A stretch of 64,000 bases of DNA, from assembly GCF_056746865.1 (NCBI RefSeq), contig NZ_CM163382.1; one strand, 5' to 3'. The position numbers and the translations under genes are program-made. Of the stretch, positions 43,663 to 52,815 are shown in pieces. Position 1 is the stretch's first letter. Each line of letters starts with the position of its first letter. The notes below the pieces were generated by a model, which was given only the letters and a program-made list of their open reading frames with translations, ran no database searches and was not told the origin of the DNA.

Positions 43663-45329
43663 ACTTTTCTCCCTGCGTGTTGATCCCCTGCTACAACCAC
43701 GGCGCGATGATGCCGGGCGTGCTGGCGCGTCTTAAGCCATTTAATCTGCCCTGTATTGTAGTGGATGACGGCAGCGATGCCGCCACGCAACAGCAACTGG
43801 ATAATCTGGTTGCCGAACAGCCTGGCGTGACCTTAATTCGCCTGGCAGAAAACGCAGGCAAAGGCGCGGCAGTGATGCGTGGCTTACAGGCAGCGGCAGA
43901 CGCGGGCTTCAGCCATGCGGTGCAGGTGGATGCTGACGGTCAGCACGCGATTGAAGACATCCCTAAACTGCTGGCACTCGCTGAACAGCAGCCTGCGGCG
44001 CTGATCTCCGGCCAGCCGATTTACGATGACTCCATCCCCCGCTCACGGCTGTACGGGCGCTGGGTCACCCACGTGTGGGTATGGATCGAAACGCTCTCCC
44101 TGCAACTGAAAGACAGTATGTGCGGCTTTCGCGTTTATCCGGTTGCGCCAACGCTGCAACTGGCAAAATACGCTACCATCGGCAAGCGGATGGATTTTGA
44201 CACCGAAGTGATGGTGCGCCTCTACTGGCAGGGAAATACCAGTTATTTCGTGCCGACCCGCGTCACCTATCCGCTGGACGGGCTTTCGCATTTTGATGCC
44301 CTGAAAGATAACGTCCGCATCTCGCTGATGCACACACGTCTGTTTTTCGGCATGTTGCCGCGTATTCCTTCACTGCTGATGCGCCACTCTTCCAGCCACT
44401 GGGCGCGGCAGAGCGAAGTGAAAGGGTTATGGGGAATGCGCCTGATGCTGCTGGTCTGGCGTCTGCTGGGAAGAACTGCGTTTACCGCGCTGCTTTACCC
44501 GGTGGTGGGCGTCTACTGGCTCACCGCTGCTCGTGCACGTAAAGCGTCGCAAGACTGGCTCGCCCGTGTGCGCCAACAACAACCACAGGCAGCAAAACTC
44601 AACAGCTATCAGCATTTTCTACGTTTCGGCAACGCCATGCTCGACAAAATCGCCAGCTGGCGCGGCGAGCTGCAACTCGGGCGTGATGTGCTGTTTGCAC
44701 CAGGCGCAGAAGCGGCACTTAACGTCAGCGATCCGCGCGGCAAATTGCTGCTGGCCTCGCATCTTGGCGATGTGGAAGTGTGCCGGGCGCTGGCAAAAAT
44801 TCAGGGCTACAAAACCATTAACGCGCTGGTGTTTAGCGAAAACGCCCAACGCTTTAAACAGATAATGCAGGAGATGGCCCCGCAGGCAGGCATCAACCTG
44901 CTCCCGGTAACAGATATCGGCCCGGAAACCGCCATCCTGCTGAAAGAGAAGCTGGATAACGGCGAATGGGTGGCGATTGTCGGTGACCGCATCGCCGTCA
45001 ACCCGCAACGCGGCGGCGACTGGCGCGTCTGCTGGAGTCCGTTTATGGGCCAGCCTGCGCCTTTCCCACAGGGGCCGTTTATTCTTGCGTCTATTTTGCG
45101 CTGCCCGGTGAATCTGATTTTCGCCCTGCGCCAGCACGGCAAGCTGCATATTCACTGCGAAACCTTTGCCGACCCGCTGCTGTTGCCGCGTGGCGAACGC
45201 CAGCAGGCGCTGCAAAACGCTATCGATCATTACGCCGCGCGTCTGGAACATTACGCGCTCCAGTCGCCCCTCGACTGGTTTAATTTTTTCGATTTCTGGC
45301 AACTGCCGGAAGTCCAGGACAAGGAGTAA
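43653..45329 (+). CDS. Bifunctional protein: N-terminal GT2 glycosyltransferase fused to a C-terminal LpxL/HtrB-like lipid acyltransferase domain (ApeJ-like)
   Basis: 558-aa ORF; N-terminus CVLIPCYNHG...VVDDGSDA (GT-A fold); C-terminal half has LASHLGDVEV and IVGDR motifs resembling lipid A late acyltransferases. Confidence 0.7.
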   Translation: MSVNFSPCVLIPCYNHGAMMPGVLARLKPFNLPCIVVDDGSDAATQQQLDNLVAEQPGVTLIRLAENAGKGAAVMRGLQAAADAGFSHAVQVDADGQHAIEDIPKLLALAEQQPAALISGQPIYDDSIPRSRLYGRWVTHVWVWIETLSLQLKDSMCGFRVYPVAPTLQLAKYATIGKRMDFDTEVMVRLYWQGNTSYFVPTRVTYPLDGLSHFDALKDNVRISLMHTRLFFGMLPRIPSLLMRHSSSHWARQSEVKGLWGMRLMLLVWRLLGRTAFTALLYPVVGVYWLTAARARKASQDWLARVRQQQPQAAKLNSYQHFLRFGNAMLDKIASWRGELQLGRDVLFAPGAEAALNVSDPRGKLLLASHLGDVEVCRALAKIQGYKTINALVFSENAQRFKQIMQEMAPQAGINLLPVTDIGPETAILLKEKLDNGEWVAIVGDRIAVNPQRGGDWRVCWSPFMGQPAPFPQGPFILASILRCPVNLIFALRQHGKLHIHCETFADPLLLPRGERQQALQNAIDHYAARLEHYALQSPLDWFNFFDFWQLPEVQDKE

Positions 45330-45332
45330 AGG

Positions 45333-45755
45333 GTGCTTAACGATCCCCGATTTACCGCTGAAGTCGAGCTGACCATTCCCTTTCACGACGTCGATATGAT
45401 GGGCGTGGCCTGGCACGGTAACTATTTTCGCTACTTTGAAGTGGCCCGCGAGGCGCTGCTCAACCAGTTCAATTACGGCTATCGGCAGATGAAAGAGTCC
45501 GGTTATTTGTGGCCAGTGGTCGATGCGCGGGTGAAATATCGCCACGCCCTCACCTTTGAGCAACGCATCCGCGTGCGTGCACATATCGAAGAGTTCGAAA
45601 ACCGTCTGCGGATTGGCTATCAGATTTTCGATGCCGAAACGGGCAAACGCGCCACCACCGGATACACCATTCAGGTCGCGGTCGACGAGCAAAGCCGCGA
45701 ACTGTGCTTTGTCAGCCCCGATATTTTGTTTGAACGCATGGGAGTCAAACCATGA
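45333..45755 (+). CDS. 4HBT/YbgC-like hotdog thioesterase
   Basis: 140-aa ORF with a GTG start and the motif FHDVDMMGVAWHGNYFRYFE. Confidence 0.75.
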   Translation: MLNDPRFTAEVELTIPFHDVDMMGVAWHGNYFRYFEVAREALLNQFNYGYRQMKESGYLWPVVDARVKYRHALTFEQRIRVRAHIEEFENRLRIGYQIFDAETGKRATTGYTIQVAVDEQSRELCFVSPDILFERMGVKP

Positions 45756-46357
45756 AATTTTTACCACTGCTGGCGCTGCTGATTAGCCCGTTTGTGAGCG
45801 CCCTGAACCTGGACGATCTTCAGCAACGCTTTACCGAACAGCCGGTGATCCGCGCTCATTTCGATCAAACCCGGACGATTAAAGATCTGCCGCAGCCGCT
45901 ACGATCTCAGGGCCAGATGTTGATCGCCCGCGACCAGGGGCTGTTGTGGGATCAAACCTCACCATTTCCCATGCAACTATTGCTGGACGATAAACGCATG
46001 GTGCAGGTGATCAACGGTCAGCCGCCGCAAATCATCACGGCAGAAAATAACCCGCAGATGTTCCAGTTTAACCACCTGCTGCGCGCGCTGTTCCAGGCCG
46101 ATCGCAAAGTGCTGGAACAAAATTTCCGCGTCGAATTTGCTGACAAAGGCGAAGGCCGCTGGACACTGCGCCTGACGCCGACCACCACGCCGCTGGATAA
46201 AATTTTCAACACCATCGATCTCGCCGGGCAAACCTATCTGGAGAGCATTCAGCTTAATGATAAACAGGGCGATCGCACCGATATCGCTCTTACCCAACAT
46301 CAACTGACGCCAGCGCAACTGACCGATGACGAACGCCAACGTTTTGCCGCCCAGTAA
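45752..46357 (+). CDS. LolA-like outer-membrane lipoprotein carrier protein
   Basis: 201-aa ORF with a signal peptide (MKFLPLLALLISPFVSA); LolA-like length and composition. Confidence 0.65.
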   Translation: MKFLPLLALLISPFVSALNLDDLQQRFTEQPVIRAHFDQTRTIKDLPQPLRSQGQMLIARDQGLLWDQTSPFPMQLLLDDKRMVQVINGQPPQIITAENNPQMFQFNHLLRALFQADRKVLEQNFRVEFADKGEGRWTLRLTPTTTPLDKIFNTIDLAGQTYLESIQLNDKQGDRTDIALTQHQLTPAQLTDDERQRFAAQ

Positions 46358-48644
46358 ACGCCCGGCGCTGTTATGGGGGATCGTCTGCCTGGTCATGGCG
46401 GCGGCGTTGCTGATCCTGTTGCCGCAATCACGACTGAACAGTAGCGTGCTGGCTATGTTACCCAAACAGGCGATGGGCGATATTCCTCCAGCGCTGAATG
46501 ACGGCTTTATGCAGCGTCTGGACCGCCAACTGGTGTGGCTGGTCAGCCCCGGTAAAGAGGCTAATCCCAGGGTGGCTCAGGAGTGGCTGACGCTGCTGCA
46601 AAAATCCGCTGCGCTCGGCGACGTTAAAGGGCCAATGGATGCCGCCAGCCAGCAGGCGTGGGGAGCGTTTTTCTGGCAGCACCGCAACGGCCTGGTTGAC
46701 CCCGACACCCGCGCGCGCCTGCAAAACGGCGGCGAAGCGCAGGCGCAGTGGATCCTCTCCCAGCTTTATTCTGCGTTCTCCGGGGTAAGCGGTAAGGAGC
46801 TGCAAAACGATCCGCTGATGTTAATGCGTGGCTCGCAGCTGGCGATGGCGAAAAACGGCCAGCGTTTGCGGCTGATGGACGGCTGGCTGGTGACGCAGGA
46901 TCCCCAGGGCAACTACTGGTATCTGCTGCACGGCGAACTGGCGGGATCGTCGTTTGATATGCAGCAAACCCACCAGCTCATCACGACCCTGAATACGCTG
47001 GAAAAGGATCTGAAAACGCGTTACCCGCAGGCGCAGTTGCTCTCGCGCGGCACGGTGTTTTACAGCGATTACGCCAGCCAACAGGCGAAGCAGGATATCT
47101 CCAACCTGGGCGTGGCAACGCTGCTGGGGGTGATATTACTGATTGTGGCGGTGTTCCGCTCTTTACGCCCATTGCTGCTTTGCGTGATTTCCATCGGCAT
47201 CGGCGCGCTGGCGGGAACGGTCGCCACCTTGTTGATTTTCGGCGAATTACACCTGATGACGCTGGTGATGAGCATGAGCGTTATCGGCATTTCCGCTGAC
47301 TACACGCTCTATTACCTCACCGAGCGGATGGTGCACGGCAATGACGTTTCGCCGTGGCAAAGCCTGGCGAAAGTGCGCAATGCCCTGCTGCTGGCGCTGC
47401 TCACCACCGTGGCGGCGTATCTGATTATGATGCTCGCCCCCTTCCCCGGCATTCGCCAGATGGCGATTTTTGCCGCCGTCGGGTTGAGCGCCTCCTGTCT
47501 GACCGTCCTGTTCTGGCATCCGTGGCTGTGCCGTGGCCTGCCGGTGCGTCCGGTTCCGGCGATGGCGCTGATGCTGCGCTGGCTGGCTGCGTGGCGGCGT
47601 AATAAAAAACTGTCGCTGGGTCTGCCCGTCGCGCTGGCGCTGTTTTCGCTGGCGGGGATGTCAATGCTGCGCGTCGACGACGATATCTCGCAGTTACAGG
47701 CGCTACCGCAGCATATTCTGGCCCAGGAGAAAGCCATTACCGCCCTGACCGGACAAAGCGTCGATCAAAAATGGTTTGTAGTTTACGGCGACTCTCCACA
47801 GCAAACATTGCGGCGGCTGGAGAAATTTACCGCCTCGCTGGAGAATGCGAAAAAAGAGGGGCTTATCAGCAACTACCGCACCATTCCGCTGAACTCCCTG
47901 GCGCGGCAGGAGGAAGATTTACATCTGCTGAAAACGGCTGCCCCGACAGTAACAAAAGCACTGCAAAATGCCGGGCTGGCGGCAGTGAATCCGGATCTCA
48001 ACGCCATGCCAGTGAAGGTCGATGAATGGCTGGCAAGCCCCGCCAGTGAAGGCTGGCGTCTGCTGTGGCTGACGCTGAAAAACGGCGAAAGCGGCGTACT
48101 GGTGCCGGTTGAAGGGGTTAAAAGTAGCGCGTTGTTGCAGGAAATCGCCAGCGATTACCCTGGCGGCATTGCCTGGGTTGATCGCAAAAGCACCTTTGAT
48201 GAGTTGTTCGCACTTTACCGCTACGTCTTAACCGGTTTGTTGCTGGTGGCGCTGGCGGTGATTGCCTGCGGCGCAGTGGCCCGCCTCGGCTGGCGCAAAG
48301 GGCTTATCAGCCTGGTGCCTTCGGTACTTTCGCTGGGCTGCGGTCTGGCAGTGCTGGCGATGAGCGGGCAGGCGGTGAATCTCTTTTCGCTACTGGCGCT
48401 GGTGCTGGTGCTTGGCATCGGCATCAATTACACGCTGTTTTTCAGTAATCCGCGCGGTACACCGTTAACTTCCCTACTGGCGATCACGCTGGCAATGCTC
48501 ACCACCTTGCTGGCGCTGGGAATGCTGGTATTCAGCGCCACCCAGGCCATCAGCAGTTTTGGCATTGTGCTGGTGAGCGGTATTTTCACCGCCTTCCTGC
48601 TTTCGCCGCTGGCTATGCCCGATAAAAAGAGAACAAAAAAATGA
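46326..48644 (+). CDS. MMPL/RND-superfamily exporter (start codon uncertain)
   Basis: 772-aa ORF with two blocks of about 6 TM helices separated by soluble domains. Confidence 0.75.
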   Translation: MTNANVLPPSKRPALLWGIVCLVMAAALLILLPQSRLNSSVLAMLPKQAMGDIPPALNDGFMQRLDRQLVWLVSPGKEANPRVAQEWLTLLQKSAALGDVKGPMDAASQQAWGAFFWQHRNGLVDPDTRARLQNGGEAQAQWILSQLYSAFSGVSGKELQNDPLMLMRGSQLAMAKNGQRLRLMDGWLVTQDPQGNYWYLLHGELAGSSFDMQQTHQLITTLNTLEKDLKTRYPQAQLLSRGTVFYSDYASQQAKQDISNLGVATLLGVILLIVAVFRSLRPLLLCVISIGIGALAGTVATLLIFGELHLMTLVMSMSVIGISADYTLYYLTERMVHGNDVSPWQSLAKVRNALLLALLTTVAAYLIMMLAPFPGIRQMAIFAAVGLSASCLTVLFWHPWLCRGLPVRPVPAMALMLRWLAAWRRNKKLSLGLPVALALFSLAGMSMLRVDDDISQLQALPQHILAQEKAITALTGQSVDQKWFVVYGDSPQQTLRRLEKFTASLENAKKEGLISNYRTIPLNSLARQEEDLHLLKTAAPTVTKALQNAGLAAVNPDLNAMPVKVDEWLASPASEGWRLLWLTLKNGESGVLVPVEGVKSSALLQEIASDYPGGIAWVDRKSTFDELFALYRYVLTGLLLVALAVIACGAVARLGWRKGLISLVPSVLSLGCGLAVLAMSGQAVNLFSLLALVLVLGIGINYTLFFSNPRGTPLTSLLAITLAMLTTLLALGMLVFSATQAISSFGIVLVSGIFTAFLLSPLAMPDKKRTKK

Positions 48645-49225
48645 TCAAACCCACATTCTGGCGAGCGTTCGCCCTGACCGCTACGCTTATCCTCACCGGC
48701 TGTAGCCACTCGCAACCGGAACAGGAAGGTCGCCCACAGGCGTGGCTGCAACCTGGCACGCGCATCACGCTGCCGGCACCAGGGATTTCGCCCGCCGTTA
48801 ATTCCCAGCAACTATTGAGCGGCAGCTTCAACGGCAAAACCCAGTCTCTGCTAGTGATGCTTAACGCCGACGACCAGAAAATCACCCTTGCCGGGCTGTC
48901 GTCGGTCGGCATTCGTCTGTTTCTGGTGACCTACGATGCGCAAGGGCTACGCGCCGAGCAATCCATCGTCGTCCCACAGTTGCCGCCCGCAAGTCAGGTG
49001 CTGGCTGACGTGATGCTTAGCCACTGGCCGATTAGCGCCTGGCAACCGCAACTCCCCGCTGGATGGACGCTTCGCGACAACGGTGACAAACGCGAACTGC
49101 GTAACGCCAGCGGCAAACTGGTCACGGAAATCACCTATCTGAATCGCCAGGGAAAACGCGTGCCAATCAGCATTGAACAGCATGTCTTTAAATACCACAT
49201 CACCATTCAATATTTAGGTGACTGA
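48641..49225 (+). CDS. Lipoprotein (DUF3261-like, possibly LolB-like)
   Basis: 194-aa ORF with a lipobox (LTGC). Confidence 0.65.
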   Translation: MIKPTFWRAFALTATLILTGCSHSQPEQEGRPQAWLQPGTRITLPAPGISPAVNSQQLLSGSFNGKTQSLLVMLNADDQKITLAGLSSVGIRLFLVTYDAQGLRAEQSIVVPQLPPASQVLADVMLSHWPISAWQPQLPAGWTLRDNGDKRELRNASGKLVTEITYLNRQGKRVPISIEQHVFKYHITIQYLGD

Positions 49226-50396
49226 TATGATTTACATTTCCGCCGTCGGCATGATCAACGCCCTGGGAAATAACCTTGACGATATCGCAGCCAACCTGAC
49301 TCGCGGTGTCGCTCCCGGCATGCGCCCGCGCGCAGGCTGGTTGCAGGGGCATCCGCAGGCGGTCCTGGCTGGCGTGGATGGCGAGCTTCCGGTTATCCCG
49401 GAAAAATTCGCTGCGCACCGCTCGCGCAACAATCAGATCCTGCTGGCGGCGCTGGCGCAGATCCAGCCGCAGGTTGATGACGCTATTGCGAAATATGGCC
49501 GCGAGCGCATCGCGATTGTGCTTGGCACCAGCACCTCCGGCCTGCATGAAGGCGACACGCACGTTAACCTGCGCACCCACGGGCAGCCGAGCACCACGTG
49601 GCACTATGCACAACAAGAGCTCGGCGATCCGTCGCGTTTTCTCAGCCACTGGCTGGCGCTCGACGGCCCAGCTTATACCCTTTCAACCGCCTGCTCCTCC
49701 AGTGCCAGAGCGATGATCAGCGGGCGCAGGCTTATCGAGGCGGGGCTGGTCGATGCCGCCATTGTGGGTGGTGCAGACACCCTGAGCCGAATGCCGATTA
49801 ACGGTTTTCACAGCCTCGAATCGCTCTCGCCAACCTTATGTCAGCCGTTTGGTCGTGACCGCGCGGGCATCACCATTGGCGAAGGTGCGGGGCTGATGCT
49901 GTTGACCCGCGAACCGCAGCCCATCGCCTTGCTGGGCGTCGGTGAATCGAGCGACGCTTATCATATTTCGGCCCCGCATCCACAGGGCGAAGGCGCAATT
50001 CGCGCCATTAACCAGGCGCTGGCTGATGCGCAGCTTACGCCGGATGAGGTGGGCTATATCAACCTGCACGGCACCGCCACACAACTCAACGACCAGATTG
50101 AATCGATGGTGGTAAACGCCCTGTTTGGCGAACGCGTACCGTGCAGCTCCACCAAACATTTGACCGGACACACGCTGGGCGCAGCGGGCATTACCGAAGC
50201 GGCAATCAGTATGTTGATCTTAGAGCGTGATTTACCGCTGCCCGCTCAGGACTTCAGCCTGTCGCCGCGCGATCCCACGCTGCCACCGTGCGGCATTATC
50301 GAACAACCACAGCCGCTGGCACGTCCGGTGATCCTGTCCAATTCCTTCGCCTTTGGCGGCAATAACGCCAGCATTCTGCTCGGGAGGGTTTCGTGA
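49218..50396 (+). CDS. Beta-ketoacyl-ACP synthase (KS, ApeO-like)
   Basis: Active-site Cys (LSTACSSSARAM), HGTAT, and NSFAFGGNNASIL. Confidence 0.85.
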   Translation: MTDMIYISAVGMINALGNNLDDIAANLTRGVAPGMRPRAGWLQGHPQAVLAGVDGELPVIPEKFAAHRSRNNQILLAALAQIQPQVDDAIAKYGRERIAIVLGTSTSGLHEGDTHVNLRTHGQPSTTWHYAQQELGDPSRFLSHWLALDGPAYTLSTACSSSARAMISGRRLIEAGLVDAAIVGGADTLSRMPINGFHSLESLSPTLCQPFGRDRAGITIGEGAGLMLLTREPQPIALLGVGESSDAYHISAPHPQGEGAIRAINQALADAQLTPDEVGYINLHGTATQLNDQIESMVVNALFGERVPCSSTKHLTGHTLGAAGITEAAISMLILERDLPLPAQDFSLSPRDPTLPPCGIIEQPQPLARPVILSNSFAFGGNNASILLGRVS

Positions 50397-50857
50397 GCCA
50401 CTATTTATCCCCCGGCGCTTATCTGCCCCACGACGCGCCCATGTTACTGCTGGAAGAAGTGGTGAGCGTCAGCGATGACAGCGCGGTGTGCCGTGTAACG
50501 GTCTCGCCCAGTGGCGTACTGGCACCGTTTCTCGACCCGGACGGCAATCTCCCTGGCTGGTTTGCCCTTGAATTGATGGCGCAAACCGTCGGCGTCTGGT
50601 CTGGCTGGCATCGCCACCAGCAGGGCAAAAACAGTATTGAGTTAGGGATGGTACTGGGCGCACGTGAATTGCTTTGCGCCGCTGGCATTCTGCCCGCAGG
50701 CCAGACGCTGACCATTACCGTCAAACTCCTGATGCAAGACGATCGCTTCGGCAGTTTTGAGTGCAGCATCAACAACGGCACGGCAACGGGCCGCATTAAC
50801 ACCTTCCAGCCGACCGCGGAAGAACTTACCACCCTGTTTCAACAAGGAGCGTCCTGA
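50393..50857 (+). CDS. Hotdog-fold dehydratase (FabA/FabZ-like, ApeP-like)
   Basis: 154-aa ORF overlapping the neighbouring genes; hotdog-like length and motif spacing. Confidence 0.6.
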   Translation: MSHYLSPGAYLPHDAPMLLLEEVVSVSDDSAVCRVTVSPSGVLAPFLDPDGNLPGWFALELMAQTVGVWSGWHRHQQGKNSIELGMVLGARELLCAAGILPAGQTLTITVKLLMQDDRFGSFECSINNGTATGRINTFQPTAEELTTLFQQGAS

Positions 50858-51588
50858 TGAGTCGTTCAGTTCTGGTTACTGGTGCCAGCAAAGGCATTGG
50901 TCGCGCCATCGCCTGCCAACTGGCGGCAGACGGCTTTAATATTGGCGTTCACTATCACCGTGACGCCACAGGCGCTCAGGAAACGCTAAATGCCATTGTC
51001 GCCAACGGGGGTAACGGGCGTTTGCTCAGTTTCGACGTCGCAAACCGCGAACAGTGTCGGGAAGTGCTGGAGCACGAAATCGCGCAAAACGGTGCCTGGT
51101 ACGGCGTGGTTAGTAACGCCGGGATCGCCCGCGATGCCGCTTTTCCGGCTTTAAGCGATGACGACTGGGATGCGGTGATCCACACCAATCTCGACAGTTT
51201 CTACAACGTTATTCAGCCGTGCATTATGCCGATGATCGGCACACGCCAGGGTGGACGCATCATCACGCTGTCCTCGGTTTCCGGCGTGATGGGCAATCGC
51301 GGACAGGTGAACTACAGCGCTGCCAAAGCCGGAATTATCGGCGCAACAAAAGCACTGGCTATCGAACTCGCGAAGCGCAAAATCACCGTCAACTGCATCG
51401 CGCCGGGGCTTATTGATACCGGGATGATCGAAATGGAAGAGAGCGCCCTGAAAGAGGCAATGTCGATGATCCCCATGAAACGCATGGGCCAGGCGGAAGA
51501 AGTTGCCGGGCTTGCCAGCTATTTAATGTCTGATATTGCGGGTTACGTCACCCGCCAGGTTATTTCCATCAACGGAGGGATGTTATGA
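50857..51588 (+). CDS. 3-oxoacyl-ACP reductase (SDR, FabG-like)
   Basis: VLVTGASKGIGRAIA Rossmann motif and YSAAKAG catalytic motif. Confidence 0.88.
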   Translation: MSRSVLVTGASKGIGRAIACQLAADGFNIGVHYHRDATGAQETLNAIVANGGNGRLLSFDVANREQCREVLEHEIAQNGAWYGVVSNAGIARDAAFPALSDDDWDAVIHTNLDSFYNVIQPCIMPMIGTRQGGRIITLSSVSGVMGNRGQVNYSAAKAGIIGATKALAIELAKRKITVNCIAPGLIDTGMIEMEESALKEAMSMIPMKRMGQAEEVAGLASYLMSDIAGYVTRQVISINGGML

Positions 51589-52814
51589 CACGTCGCGTAG
51601 TGATTACAGGAATGGGCGGCGTGACTGCCTTTGGTGAAAACTGGCAGGACGTTTCCGCGCGTCTGCTGGCGTATGAGAATGCAGTGCGCAAAATGCCGGA
51701 GTGGCAGGTCTACGATGGTCTGCACACCCTGCTTGGCGCGCCTGTTGATGATTTCACGCTACCGGAGCACTACACCCGCAAGCGTATCCGTGCGATGGGC
51801 CGCGTGTCGCAAATGTCGACCCGTGCCAGCGAGCTGGCGTTAGAGCAGGCAGGATTGATTGGCGATCCGATATTAACCAGCGGCGAAACGGGCATTGCGT
51901 ACGGTTCATCGACCGGCAGTACCGGTCCGGTGAGCGAATTTGCCACCATGCTGACGGAAAAGCACACCAATAACATCACCGGCACCACCTATGTACAGAT
52001 GATGCCGCACACCACCGCCGTTAATACCGGTCTGTTTTTCGGCCTGCGCGGGCGGGTGATCCCGACCTCCAGCGCCTGTACCTCCGGCAGCCAGGCGATC
52101 GGTTATGCGTGGGAAGCCATTCGCCACGGTTATCAAACGGTGATGGTTGCTGGTGGTGCCGAAGAGTTATGCCCTTCAGAAGCAGCGGTATTTGATACAC
52201 TTTTCGCCACCAGCCAGCACAATGATGCGCCGAAAACCACACCTTCACCGTTCGATGAAAACCGCGACGGGCTGGTGATTGGTGAAGGCGCAGGTACGCT
52301 GATTCTTGAAGAACTGGAGCACGCCAAAGCGCGCGGCGCGACCATTTACGGTGAAATCGTCGGCTTTGCGACTAACTGCGACGCGGCACATATTACCCAG
52401 CCTCAGCGTGAGACCATGCAATATTGTATGGAAAAATCGTTAAAAATCGCCGGGTTAAGTGCAAGTGATATCGGCTATATTTCGGCGCATGGTACGGCGA
52501 CCGATCGTGGTGATATGGCAGAAAGTCTGGCGACAGCAACCATTTACGGTGATAATGTGCCGCTCTCCTCGCTGAAAAGTTATTTTGGTCATACGCTTGG
52601 TGCCTGTGGCGCGCTCGAAGCCTGGATGAGTCTGCAAATGATGCGCGAAGGTTGGTTTGCGCCTACGCTAAACCTGAATAAACCAGACCCGAACTGTGGC
52701 GCGCTGGATTACATCATGCATGAAGCCCGCAAGGTTGATTGTGAGTTTTTGCAGAGTAACAACTTTGCCTTTGGCGGCATTAATACATCCATCATCATTA
52801 AACGTTGGCCCTGA
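51585..52814 (+). CDS. Beta-ketoacyl-ACP synthase (KS, ApeR-like)
   Basis: Active-site Cys (SSACTSGSQAIG), HGTAT and GHTLGACG. Confidence 0.88.
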   Translation: MTRRVVITGMGGVTAFGENWQDVSARLLAYENAVRKMPEWQVYDGLHTLLGAPVDDFTLPEHYTRKRIRAMGRVSQMSTRASELALEQAGLIGDPILTSGETGIAYGSSTGSTGPVSEFATMLTEKHTNNITGTTYVQMMPHTTAVNTGLFFGLRGRVIPTSSACTSGSQAIGYAWEAIRHGYQTVMVAGGAEELCPSEAAVFDTLFATSQHNDAPKTTPSPFDENRDGLVIGEGAGTLILEELEHAKARGATIYGEIVGFATNCDAAHITQPQRETMQYCMEKSLKIAGLSASDIGYISAHGTATDRGDMAESLATATIYGDNVPLSSLKSYFGHTLGACGALEAWMSLQMMREGWFAPTLNLNKPDPNCGALDYIMHEARKVDCEFLQSNNFAFGGINTSIIIKRWP

Positions 52815-52815
52815 T

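Noticed and set aside
44619-45767. 382-aa minus-strand ORF inside the accessory cluster
   Set aside because: It lies entirely antisense to the GT2/acyltransferase and thioesterase genes, which have clear motifs, and has no start context or recognisable domains; it is an artefact of high-GC coding sequence.
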